The notes under the pieces were generated by a model, which was not told the DNA's origin, made no database searches, and worked only from the letters and a program-made list of their open reading frames with translations. A DNA stretch of 64,000 nt from contig NC_068988.1 of NCBI RefSeq assembly GCF_001194135.2, forward strand, positions 52,043,679 to 52,107,678, in the 5' to 3' direction. Shown piece by piece: positions 12,387 through 25,806 of this stretch. Numbering within the stretch: position 1 is the stretch's first letter; each line of letters starts with the position of its first letter. A program made the position numbers and the translations under genes. This DNA is from Octopus bimaculoides. Its lineage: Eukaryota.

Positions 12387-15300
12387 NNNNNNNNNNNNNN
12401 NNNNNNNNNNNNNNNNNNNNNNNNNNNNNNNNNNNNNNNNNNNNNNNNNNNNNNNNNNNNNNNNNNNNNNNNNNNNNNNNNNNNNNNNNNNNNNNNNNNN
12501 NNNNNNNNNNNNNNNNNNNNNNNNNNNNNNNNNNNNNNNNNNNNNNNNNNNNNNNNNNNNNNNNNNNNNNNNNNNNNNNNNNNNNNNNNNNNNNNNNNNN
12601 NNNNNNNNNNNNNNNNNNNNNNNNNNNNNNNNNNNNNNNNNNNNNNNNNNNNNNNNNNNNNNNNNNNNNNNNNNNNNNNNNNNNNNNNNNNNNNNNNNNN
12701 NNNNNNNNNNNNNNNNNNNNNNNNNNNNNNNNNNNNNNNNNNNNNNNNNNNNNNNNNNNNNNNNNNNNNNNNNNNNNNNNNNNNNNNNNNNNNNNNNNNN
12801 NNNNNNNNNNNNNNNNNNTTAATAAGTATCAGTCTCGGGTTTCTGGAAACAATCGATGTTTAAGTTATATTGATGACACAAGTGAATACTGGTACATCCG
12901 AGTGATATTTTATTAACAGTTATGGTGAAATTGTAGAGTAGATAGAAGTTAATGGTAAACTAAATCCGAGATGCAGTTTCAATTTGTGTTTGAGAAAAGC
13001 ATGAACGCCAAAATAATTCATTTTCTACTTTCTACAAAAAAAAAAAAAAAATTCCACCACGGAGTCCAATCTTTGTGGCGATGTAGTGGCTTCTGAGCTT
13101 CAGTCACCCTGAGAATTACACCAGTAAAGCGCAAGTTCCTAGTAAGACCTCCGATGCTGACTAGGCCAAAGGTCAAAGGCCAGGTTAATATAGAGCACCT
13201 CATCCCAGGGGTAAAGGTGGGTTTGCGTAGGAGCCACGCTCCTATCTAGAACAAAAACCATATTTTACAGAATTATAGATGGTAATTCAAAACCAATAAG
13301 ATCTGGGAGATGAAGGCCTAAATGGCAACCCAGAGTCGAGGCCAGCGGAGAAAATCGTCGATGACTTATGCTTCATAGTGAGTGAAAGGTTCGGGAAATA
13401 ATAAAAAAAAGTATGGATTTTTTAGTCTAGTGAAAACGAAAATAAATTGTTGTCCAGTGACAAATGATGACACAACGTATGTTGCTACAGACACAAGTGT
13501 AGGGTATTGGACCCTATAGGTAAAGAGTAGTCAACTTCTACAGACGCTTCATTTGTGATTGTGCAGACAAGTTACTTCCTTTGACTCAACTATTGAGAAC
13601 AAGACAGTAAAAACAAACAGTGAGGGCTGTTGAGCCAAATTTTTCTATCGTCTTGGTTCAACAGCCCTCACCATTTGTTTTTACTGTCTTGTTAACACTT
13701 TCACCCTCCGCAAAAAATCCCAAATTTTATGTTTTAACGAAGTCGCGTATTGTCCTTACCTTCGAAACGCGGAGTAGATGAAACAGGGACAACAGATGAA
13801 GGGGTATATTCTTTATGTTGCATGTCTTGTTTCTCTGGGGTTTTTTTTTTTTCGTTGTTCGAAAAAAAAGTTCGTTTTCTTTGTTTTCGTTTCTCATTGT
13901 GTTTNNNNNNNNNNNNNNNNNNNNNNNNNNNNNNNNNNNNNNNNNNNNNNNNNNNNNNNNNNNNNNNNNNNNNNNNNNNNNNNNNNNNNNNNNNNNNNNN
14001 NNNNNNNNNNNNNNNNNNNNNNNNNNNNNNNNNNNNNNNNNNNNNNNNNNNNNNNNNNNNNNNNNNNNNNNNNNNNNNNNNNNNNNNNNNNNNNNNNNNN
14101 NNNNNNNNNNNNNNNNNNNNNNNNNNNNNNNNNNNNNNNNNNNNNNNNNNNNNNNNNNNNNNNNNNNNNNNNNNNNNNNNNNNNNNNNNNNNNNNNNNNN
14201 NNNNNNNNNNNNNNNNNNTTGAAAAGACAACACGAAACCGGTTATTTCTCAAAATACAATGTTTATATACCAAAAAGATTTTATAACATTTTTCTAACAT
14301 TTTTCTAACATTTTTCTGACATAATTTAAATATATACTTTAACCATGTAACACAAGCCTTCTGTAGTTTTTTCACTCTTATTATCTTTTATATATATATA
14401 TATATATTTCCATCTATCAAATCTACCCACAAGGCTTTGGTCGGCTCGAGCCTACAGTAGAAGACTCTTGCCCAAGCTGCCACGCTGTGGGATTGAACTC
14501 AGAACCAAGTAGTTGGAAGCAAAGGTCGCTCTTTTTCTAAGTTATCTTTTCTATTTGTTGGTTTTAGATTTTCAACATCATACTATCTGACTGAATGATC
14601 TCATTTAGTCGACGTTTTTCACTTAACAGAATTACTCAAGATACATTTGAGACATCTTCTATGTGGTAATGGTGGCCAAATTATTACTACTCACGTAGTA
14701 ATAATTCATCAATTGATTGTCTAATTCCTAGACAATTTCATTAAGACCTTTATAAACAACATGATCGTGATGGCAAAAGGAGCTGGAGATGCAAATACCT
14801 ATCCAGTTCTTGCTTTATTTTGCATTGTTTGGAACAATAATTCAATCGCAAGTTTCAACAACTCGTCATATGGGGGTCGAGATATTTTCAAGAGAAAAAG
14901 GAAGAGACAAAAAGAAAAGAAAAGAAAAATGTGAGAAACGACTATCTGGTAGTTAATTTGTGCTGAGAATAGCTATAATAATGCAAAATAGTTCTTCTTT
15001 ACGTTCTAAGTTCAAATTCCGCCGAGGATGAATTTGCCTTTCATCCTTTCGGAATCGATAAATTAAGTACCAGTTTCGTACTGGTGTCGATCTAATCGAC
15101 TGGCCCCCTCCCCCAAAATTTCGGGCCTTGTATCTAGAGTAGAAAATAATACATAATAGTTCTTTTCCTAGCCTAATCAAAAACTATAACAGTTAAGCGT
15201 ATTATTTTAAAAACATGTAGACCGTCATCATGTTATTTAGCCAGAGTTTTCAGACGATACATACACCTCGGGGAGAATTGCATAAAATTCGTTTTATTTA

Positions 15301-15452
15301 CCATTTTACTGCCTTGTATTTATTTCCACGTAGTTAAAAATTATTAGATTCTAAAGTTGTTTGACCAAAATGATAACTTTTAATTATGTGAATGTGTATA
15401 CACACTCGCCCACGCGCGGATACACACACACACACACACGCACGCATGTGTG

Positions 15453-15485
<33 letters not shown>

Positions 15486-15746
15486 GGTTCCGGGTTTAGG
15501 CACCTTGCGCACGTGTGTACGCGTTACTGTCGCCTTGCCGCCATTTTGTATGAGAGTTGAAAACGAGTGTCACCGTTATGCAAGTGGTGTCCTTTGTTTC
15601 CAATATTTTGAGAAAAGATATCTGGTGATGGGGGATATATTACCTCACTTGGAAACAGGTGGCTGTTGGCAACAAGAAGGGCATCCAGCCACAGAAAATC
15701 TGCCTCAACAGGCTGGCCCCTACAATCACCGGATCTCAATATAAAC

Positions 15747-16063
15747 CAGGAGTTCCCAACTGTCCTCCGCACAGAACCCGGGGATCCACAGAAACTTTAA
15801 GGGGGTCCACGAGTAAAAAATTGTAATTTGTGGGTGCATATATAAATTTTGTTTACTACGAGAGATACCTGTATTTATTGAAATTTTCAAGATTTGTATT
15901 TCGAATTTATGTTATGAATAAAACGAAATTGTTTCATTGTTAGCTTTTACCAACCTTCAAACAAATATTTTATTTTAAAATTTTACATGTGCATATATGG
16001 GGTCCACAGATGATAAGTTTGCTCTCAAGGGGTCCACAAGCAAAATAAGGTTAGGAACCCCTG
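15747..16063. mobile_element. Non-autonomous hAT (Buster-type) MITE
   Basis: TIR caggagttcccaac / gttaggaacccctg; perfect 8-bp TSD atataaac (nnnTAnnn) at 15739-15746 and 16064-16071. Confidence 0.9.
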
Positions 16064-16190
16064 ATATAAACGAACAGTTATGGTGCATTTTGAAACTGCA
16101 AATGAGGATCCGCTTCCCTCTACCATCGTTACTGAAAGTGATAAAGCAAGTTTTACTTGAAGAATGGCACAAATTCTCCAGAGAATTGTT

Positions 16191-16535
16191 TAGTGGTTCT
16201 AAACCGGGGCCCTGAGAGTCTATATAAGGTTCTTGGAGGTCCACATGACAAAATAGTAAATTGGGGATCCACAAAAATATTTTTAAGGGCCACTGAAAAA
16301 TTTTTGCTTTAGATGTATTTTATTAGTATGTATTGCAAGAAACAGCTCAGTGTCTTTCTCTAACATCTTACATAATTCAGACTAGACAAGTGAATGTGTG
16401 AAAAATATAATAGGAATTTTAAAAGAAGTATTCATAAAACTGGTTTTGAACATCATTTGGCTGTGGGGGTCCACTAGTATAAAACAGTAATGAAAGGGCT
16501 CCATAGATATTTTAAAAAATGACTCAGAACCCCTG
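16191..16535. mobile_element. Related hAT MITE, older
   Basis: tagtggttctaaacc ... agaacccctg ends and shared ggggtccac motifs; no clean TSD. Confidence 0.6.
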
Positions 16536-17152
16536 GTTTACAAGATTTAAGAGTCAATTCCTCAACATTGTAAGGTTTTTGACTGATGCCGAAGATGAAC
16601 CAACGTCGTGTTGAATAATAAAGCTTCTACTGAACAAAGTGTTTCCATTATTTTGTACATATCTTTAGGCTGAGTGGGAACCATGTGGAGAGAGCGCTCG
16701 CCTTAGTTGTTAGGGCAACGTGGTTTTGTGTCCTCTCTATGAACAACCCCAGAGGTTTCCCTTTTCTTCATTGTTATAATTTTATTTTGTTAGTTTTTTT
16801 TGTACTTTTTTACATGTTTTTTTTTGTCTTTTTATGAACCTTAAGTGGTTAATAAAGAAAACATTATCATCTTCCTCATCATCATCATCATCGTCATCAT
16901 CAAATAAATATTAGTTCAGTATTGGAGTCGATGCAATCGATTTACCCACTAACATGAAATTGCTGGCCTTATGCTAAAAATTGAAGCCAATATTATTGTT
17001 GTTGTTTTCCGCCGAAGTCAACTTTGCCTATTATCTTTTCGGGGTCGATAAAATAGATACTAATATGCTTGATCGTTCTCTTTTCTTTTTTTTTTTTTTT
17101 TACGGAATTTGTAAATGATACTAAAAAGAATTTAACGTCAAATAATTTACAG

Positions 17153-20100
17153 CAGTGCTTAACAACCTTATTGCTGGAGCGGAACCCCAAGGAAACATTC
17201 CACTGGCTCAAGGGACCCCTGTGCAATAATTTAATTGTTTTATGCAAAAAAACAAAATTTAATTAATGAAATGAAAATACTCATGTTCAGATTTATTTAC
17301 AATAAAAACACAAACCGTAAAAAAATTGTCACGTACGTATGCAATTTTATTCTTGCATCTACAGTTATTATTAAAACATGTATTAAAAAATTTTTTAGTT
17401 TGAATAGATTACATTTATTCTCATCAAAAACTCAATGAGAAACTTGAGCCTGGTGTTTCTTGCACAACTCTTTAAGATTGGGTTGTATTTTTGATAGACA
17501 CACGCGAAGTTCATCTTCCACAGACAGCAATTGTGCTCGCTTCTTATGCTTCATGGTTGTCAGAGCTGAAAATCCAAATTCACACAAGTAGGAGGTTGAA
17601 AACTGCACAAGAAGTCACAGCGCTTTCTGAGCAATTTCAGGATATTCCTTTACAACCAGCAACCAAAATGCATTCAGGTTAAGCTCAGAATGCTTCAACT
17701 TTAATGTTCTATCATTTAAAACACTGGCAAGTTCTTCTTTTTCTGTTAATGTGAACTGTTCTTCAAATGGCTCAAATTCCACAAATGGGTTTTTAATCCA
17801 GTCATACTGGTCAACAGATATCGATGGAAAATATTTGTCAAGATTTGTTAACAAAGTGTGCAAATGGTTCAAAATCAGTAGCGCAATTTCTTGACAATTC
17901 CTTTTAAAAACACTTGGAAACATTTCCAAATTTCCTGTAGCTATGCGTTTCTTCCATATTGTCAATTTCTTCTGAAAAGCATTTATTTTTGTCAGTAGAA
18001 GACAAGATATTTTCGTTCCCGCCCAGCATGCCATTGTTCAAGAGGTTTAGCTCATGAAATATAACGGCAAGATATGCTAACTTGGAACACCAATGGTCAT
18101 CACTCAAACATTCTACAAAATCTTTCAGGTTTTCTTGCAAACAAAAGGTTAATAACTCTTCTCTTACCCCTTGACAACCATCGTATTTCTGTGTGCTGGA
18201 TTAAGGTGGAATGGTCTGCTTCCATACCCACACAAAGTTTCGCAAACTGTCGATATTTAAGTGGCCTCATCTTGATGCAATTAACTATTTTCACTACCAT
18301 ACCCAATGCAGATTTTAGTTCAGGTCCAAGAGTTTTAGCAACTAGTGCTTCTCTATGAACGAAACAATGAGTATGGATAATATTTGGATTTTGTTTTTGT
18401 GCGATTGGGACAAAACCTTTAAGACATCCTGTCATTGCAGGGGTACCATCTGTACAAATACCAACACAGTTTTTCCAGTTCAATCCACAATACTCTGAAT
18501 ATGAATTCAAAACATCAAATACATCTTGTCCTTTTCTTGTTTCTGGCAACTCTTTGCAACACAGAAAGTCTTCTACAATAGCTTCATCATTAATAAAACG
18601 AACTAGTACAAGGAGCTGTGTTTTACCAGTAATGTCCGTACTCTCATCAACTTGAAGTGCAAACAACTTATGTTTCAGTATTTTTGACTTAACATTGCAC
18701 TCAATGTCTCATGACATGTCTTCAATGCGCCTACTTATTGTGTTGTCAGAAAGTGGAATTTTATTTAGCTCTGATTCAGCATCCTCTTCAAACATTATCC
18801 TCACTATTTCCTGTCATGCAGGTAAAATTACAGTTTCAGCGATGGTATGAGACTTCATTTTTCTTGCATCTATCTCCACCACAGCATAATTTGCTTCTTG
18901 TCCTTTGTCACTCAGCTTGAACTTTTTGGCAAACATAGAAATTTGCCTTTTATTAAATGCCAATTCTCTTTTAAAATATTGTTCATTTTTGCTTGACAAC
19001 CCTGGGTGTTTAGTTGTTAAGTGTCANNNNNNNNNNNNNNNNNNNNNNNNNNNNNNNNNNNNNNNNNNNNNNNNNNNNNNNNNNNNNNNNNNNNNNNNNN
19101 NNNNNNNNNNNNNNNNNNNNNNNNNNNNNNNNNNNNNNNNNNNNNNNNNNNNNNNNNNNNNNNNNNNNNNNNNNNNNNNNNNNNNNNNNNNNNNNNNNNN
19201 NNNNNNNNNNNNNNNNNNNNNNNNNNNNNNNNNNNNNNNNNNNNAAGGGCAGTCTGGGTTTCCAGTCCAAGTAAATCTCAGAGCTATGTAGTTTTCACAA
19301 TATTGACGAACTTTTAGTTGCAGGTTAATTCCCTCATTTCTTGGTAATTTCGACGTGGCAGCATCATTGGCAGTGGCTGCGGCTTCAACAGACTGCCTCA
19401 GACCCTGCGTCTCTTCATCTGTATCTAACTTACGTTTTTTTTCGGAAATCTATCCATACTTGCAAGGCTGTAAGCAGAATTGTATATATATAAAAGCAAA
19501 CCTAATAGTGGCAGGACAAAATGATCTTTAAAGTGTAGCGAGTTTAATGATGTAAAATTTAGCTTTTATATTAATGTTTTCTTTTAGTAATAGGTATTTG
19601 ATTATATTTAAACAATATGCATATAATAATAAAATAGATTTTCGGATTTGAATTTAAAATGTCATTTATTTGTTCATTGTTCTAATTTAAAAATTTGTAA
19701 GGAATTAATATTTATGCATATTTTCATATCTTATAATTTAGTATCAGTTTCCCAATTTCTTCTTTTTTTTTCTACATATATAATTCTACTCTCTTTCGAA
19801 TTTTTTAATCTTAACATTTGACCAAATGTTAATAGACGTCATACAAGAAATTTTTTTTACAAAAACGTCTTTTAAAAAGCTAAAGATCTTACGCAGTTAA
19901 AATGTTTCTTCCAAATATAGTCACTTGTATTTTACAAAAGAAAACTAAACTATCATCTAAGCTGGCATGTAACTCGTAGATGTGCACGTACATGTACACA
20001 CCAAGTATCAGGGTCATCTTAGGCTGGCGTGCAACTCGTAGATGTACACGTAGGCTTAACATGTACACACATATCTGCACAGGAGAATTAAAAATTTCTG

Positions 20101-20174
20101 TCGATTTTAGCATTTATGTAACTTCTCGAGGAACCACTGGACTGTAGTAGCGGAACTCTGGTTGAAAACCATTG
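17153..20174 (-). mobile_element. Full-span hAT transposon of the Buster/Charlie (ZBED5/SCAND3-like) subfamily; transposase pseudogenised
   Basis: TIRs cagtgcttaacaacc / ggttgaaaaccattg; perfect 8-bp TSD atttacag (17145-17152, 20175-20182). Broken ORFs read FALQVDESTD, CTDGTPAM, HCFVHREAL, RWLSRG. Confidence 0.92.
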
Positions 20175-21928
20175 ATTTACAGTAACGAGGTAAGATCCGC
20201 TTAGGATTTAAAGGGAAATAACTTTACTTAGTAACTGAAAGTTACATTAGTTAGATTTACGTCCCTTTATTTGATTCTTTTTTTTTTTTTTACTTGTAGA
20301 CGTGATTATCACACAAGAATTCTTGTTAGTGAGTTAATTGCTAGAAGAAGCTAATAAGTTAAATATATATATCATTATTATTAGTTGACTACATCGACTC
20401 CAGTAGTGATTTTCTTAAGTCTGTTATACATTTTATCAATACATATTTGGCAAACTGCTAAATTACAGGGTATAAAAATAAACAAAAACAATGATAAATC
20501 TGTGTGCTAATGTATGTATATATATATATATGTGTGCGTGTGTGTGTTTACATTAGTGTTCGGTTGCTTTTCGGTTGTGTATATATATATATATATATAT
20601 AAACAAAATTTTCGGGAGGAAGATAATTGATTACATCTCAACTGGTACTTATTTTATCAATTCTAGTCAAAAGGCTGCTCTTCAGGTGTTTGGCAAAGAT
20701 CAAAGTGTAGTGTGTGTTTGTGTGTGTGTTAGTGAGGCGGGGGTGCCATAAAATGGGACTTCAGTTCAGTTTCCATTAACCAAATTCCACTCACAAGGCA
20801 TTGGTTGACCGGAGACATTAGCAGAAGATGCATACCAAAGTACCACACCGCAGGACCAAACATGAAATAGCATAGTTGCAAAACATAATTCACAAGCACA
20901 CAGAAATGCTTGCACCTTATAAGTAAGACAATAGCAAAACATGAAATTTAACTCACAAAAGCTATGTTGAAATTTACTGTCCTATAGTGTGGTATTTCAG
21001 CTGACATTTCTACCTATTTCACCATCCACCCAATTCATTTAAATGCTTTTATTAGTTACTTTCAACATGTGATAGTAATATGGTTTTCACATGACAGTAG
21101 TATAATTCTGTGTTATTAGAAACCAGTTACTTTTTGTACTCATCTCAGTACATAAATGCAGGAAAGCTGTCAGAGTAGATATTACAGTAAGTGTAAGATA
21201 CCACATCAACTACATTGATCTCAGGCTGAGGATTTAATATTGTCTCTGCTAGAGGCACAAAGCCCGAAAAATTGGTGGAGACAGGTAGTCGATTGTATTG
21301 ACCACAGTGCTCAACTGGTACTAATTTTATCAACTTGAAAGGTAAAAATTGACCTTGGTCGAATTTAAACTTGGAATGTATATAAAGTTAGATGAATAGC
21401 CACTAAACATTTTGTCCAGCATGCTAATGATTCTGCTAGCCCAGTGCTTTTAGATGAATATTTAATAACAACTGTATTGATCTCACTGTAAAGGAATGCA
21501 GATGGCCCAGTGGTTAGGCAACTGCGCTCTTGATCATTAGGTCATGGATTCGATTCCCTGTCCAGAAAGTGCATTATGTCCTTGGGCAAGACACTTTACT
21601 TCATGTGGCTTCAGTTCACTCAGCTCGCAAAAAATGAGAAAGATCGACAGAGTGACTGGTCAGTGTCAATTTAGTGTGGCAGCATCAATGAGTTGGTGAT
21701 ATAACCAAAAGTTTCAGGCTTCGAGAGGGATATATATCCAGCAGGGGACTGCTACATCCTATCTTGACCCTTTCATCATCATCATCATCATCATTTAACA
21801 TCCGCTTTCCATGCTAGCCAGGCTCCAATCTGATTTGGCAGAGTTTCTATAGCTGGATGCCCTTCCTAACATCAACCACTCAGAGAGTGTAGTGGGTGCT
21901 CTATATATATTATCATGTAATGTCCGTT

Positions 21929-21964
<36 letters not shown>

Positions 21965-22520
21965 NNNNNNNNNNNNNNNNNNNNNNNNNNNNNNNNNNNN
22001 NNNNNNNNNNNNNNNNNNNNNNNNNNNNNNNNNNNNNNNNNNNNNNNNNNNNNNNNNNNNNNNNNNNNNNNNNNNNNNNNNNNNNNNNNNNNNNNNNNNN
22101 NNNNNNNNNNNNNNNNNNNNNNNNNNNNNNNNNNNNNNNNNNNNNNNNNNNNNNNNNNNNNNNNNNNNNNNNNNNNNNNNNNNNNNNNNNNNNNNNNNNN
22201 NNNNNNNNNNNNNNNNNNNNNNNNNNNNNNNNNNNNNNNNNNNNNNNNNNNNNNNNNNNNNNNNNNNNNNNNNNNNNNNNNNNNNNNNNNNNNNNNNNNN
22301 NNNNNNNNNNNNNNNNNNNNNNNNNNNNNNNNNNNNNNNNNNNNNNNNNNNNNNNNNNNNNNNNNNNNNNNNNNNNNNNNNNNNNNNNNNNNNNNNNNNN
22401 NNNNNNNNNNNNNNNNNNNNNNNNNNNNNNNNNNNNNNNNNNNNNNNNNNNNNNNNNNNNNNNNNNNNNNNNNNNNNNNNNNNNNNNNNNNNNNNNNNNN
22501 NNNNNNNNNNNNNNNNNNNN

Positions 22521-22826
22521 NGAGTGTTTATTGAGCGAAAACACCTAAAGCTCCACGAGGCTCCAGCAGGGGATGGTGGCAAACCCTACTGTACTCTTTC
22601 ACCACAACTTTCTCTCACTCTTACTTCCAGTTTCTGTTGTGCCTGTAATTCAAAGGGTCAGCCTTGTCACACTGTGTCACGCTGAATATCCTTGAGAACT
22701 ACGATAAGGGTACACGTGTCTGTGAAGTACTCAGCCACTTGCACGTTAATTTCACAAGCAGACTGTTCCGTTGATCGGATCAACTATAACCCTCAGTGTC
22801 GTAAGCGACGGAGTGCCAACAACATT
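22521..22826 (+). mobile_element. SINE family A copy, 5' part lost in an assembly gap
   Basis: Matches the body and tail of 62222-62603. Confidence 0.85.
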
Positions 22827-25760
22827 TGACAGAGCAATCTGAATGCTAAAGGGTTCAACTCTGAAATTAAAGGGGGATAACTAAATACAAGACATTTGAA
22901 GCTGGAATATACATCATATATCCTGGGGAGCACAGTTCCCTTAATTTCTTTCTAGTCTTCACAGGTCACCTGTATTCAGGGCCCACATCTCTCCACCATG
23001 GAAGTTATTTTTTTATAAGGGTAAATGGTGCAAACAAGGTGAGGTACTTTGTTACAGGCCCAAAAGAAAGTTATTAAAATTTGAACTCGCCACTACCTCT
23101 CTTCCTCTGACTCGGGTAACCATGTATTTCTTCTATAGAAACACACCTGTTTCTGTCCCTCTATCATAGATTAACTTCTTATCACCTGGTACAAAGTCAC
23201 CTTCGTCAATACCATTCCCTCTCGCAGTTAAGAGATCTTTGTTGTGCAAGTTACTTAGTGACCTCGCTGGTACTGGTGCTTTGTAAAAACCATCCAGTAC
23301 ATGCTGCAAGGTAGCTGACATCAAGAAGGGCATCCCAGCCATAGACGCAATGCCAAAGGAGATAGTAGAGCTAGGTGCAGTCTTCTGGATTGCCAGTTTC
23401 TACCAAACCCAACCCATGCCAGCATGAAAAATGGACATTAAATGATGATGATGATGATAACAACGACTATGTACTCAGTAATCCAGATATTATAATTCAC
23501 AAAGCTGAACTGGCCAATCTTTAAAAAGAAACTGAGAAAGCTGAAGTTTATTAATTTAAAAAATTATTTTACTTTGAAAAACATGACACTACTTGTGATA
23601 AAACAAACTGTGATAACAGAAACTAATAACTAAAAATTCATTTTGTTTTTAGTCTTTTTTATATTTCTGAAATAGTACAAATAGTTTCATTATATGTGAA
23701 ACAGAGAGAAACATTATGAAAGTCTATAATGAACACATGAACACTTTCACACTCGATTGAATTAATTCGACTTGGCATGTCAGGTCAGAAAGGTTGTCAG
23801 TCTGGCATTCCAATTCAAGTAACCTGCCAACCATTGTTCTATAATTTGACATAGCACAGAGTTTGTGTGGGAACACATTAACAAGAATTTAGCTAAGATC
23901 TATAATGCAGTGTGCTGGATTGATCCAGAACATTTTCAAGAAAATGAAAGAAAGACTTAACATTTTGTGTGATTAAATGAAATACATTAGTGTGTTTTTG
24001 ATAAAATACCCACCATTGGCATATGTGATTGATAAAATATCCCTCGTTGGCATGTAGTGGATAAGGACCAATGTTTCTATGAGAATAAAAGCTCTGAATT
24101 TTCATGAGTCTAACGTGGCTGTAAACTGGGGAAAGGACTTAGTTTAAAATTTCGAGTATGATGTCAGATCAAAATATAGTTATACAACAAAGTTGTATAG
24201 GAGCTCCTTCCCAACTGTCAGCATACATAATACTTCTTTTGATCAGGGAGAAAGCCAATTTTCATATTACAGATGTGCATTCATTTGATGTGATCCAAGT
24301 ATATCAGAAATATACTTTTTTTTTTAAGAAGAAACCTTATGGAGCCTCCAAGAATATTAAGAGGGAAAGAAATGATATTCTCAAACTGGAGGTCTGGCAC
24401 AATTGTTTGCAACAAAGTGAACACCACTAAAAGCACCAAAGGTGCCATCAGATGGGGGTGTTGAACAAGGAAACAGGTTGTGTTTATAAGAATTGAACAG
24501 CTTACAGAATGGCTGGTGTTTATGATTCATTTGAGCTGAAAAACCTACTTCCCAGACCATGAACTATTTCTGCCTTTCTTCACAGTGCTCTGCAGACAGC
24601 TGAGATTCTATTTCTCATAAGGATGTTTCACACACATTTTGTAAATCCAAACCAGCAAAACTCGGATTAGGCCATTCACCCCACAAGAATCCACTCTGTA
24701 AGGGCCAATCTATTTGAGCCCTGATGAATTCAAAGCATGCTTTACAGTTCTCCCCAGATATTATTGGCACTCTGCTTATGATGCACCCCAATTAATCCAG
24801 ATCACTTGGTTCATTTGCAGACAGTTCTCATTGATTGCTTTACTACTGTGCAAGTCTTCATTCTACTTGATATCAACTGCAGACATTCGGCATTTGACTT
24901 CTAACATTCTGTGAATAAATGTCTCTGCTGTTGAGGATGTTTTTAATGGTTTAACACATCAAGGACAATCATGATGACAGTGTCTCTGTAGGTGATACAG
25001 CTTTCACATAAGCAGTATGACAACACCTGAGACACAAAGTAATGCTCTGTAATAAACAGTGTTCTTGTGTAGCAGAAAAATGTGAACCTGCTTCCTAGAT
25101 GATAAATAAACCCAGTCAGTTTCACATTTTGTGTTGCAACTAGTATAATACTGTAACAATGCACGATGATTTCATCATGAATTTTAATTAAAGTTTGCAA
25201 CTTTTTACTTGTGGTTCTAAATTAATGGAGTTTTGAAATTTAAAACCATGGAAGACTTTTGAAAAAATTATTCAAATTAAATATTATCAAATAATTTTTT
25301 ATAATTTGCTTTAAGCGCTGATAAATTTCTTCATATTATCGATATGTATTAATTATATTATTTGAAAACTATAAAAAAATTCAAAAATCTACTTAATGGT
25401 TCTAAATTCATAGCAGCCAGTATGACTGTGTGTGTCTTTCAGCTTTTATTTGTGTGGCCATGCTGAAGCACCTCCCTGAAGGTCAAACAAATCAACACCG
25501 GTACTTATTTTTCTTTAAGTTTGGTGCTTATTATAAAGGTTTATTTTACTGAACCATTAAGTTACAGGGACATAAACAAACCAACACACACATATGTACA
25601 TACAATGGGCTGCTTTCTGTTCCTATCTACCAAATCCATTCACAAGGCTATAGGAGACTCTTGCCCAGATGTTGCACAGTAGAACTGAACCCCAGACCAC
25701 ATGATTGGGAAACCAGCTTCTCAACCACATGGCAACACGTGTGTGTGTGTGTGTGTGTGC

Positions 25761-25806
<46 letters not shown>

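Noticed and set aside
13733-14245. Hammerhead-like pieces (cttcgaaacgcg; cgaaaccggtta)
   Set aside because: The core CUGANGA is absent or hidden in the gap, so the fold cannot be supported.
23850-25200. Apparently non-repetitive stretch with several short ORFs
   Set aside because: I could not match any frame to a protein family or find exon-like splice pairs; left uncalled.
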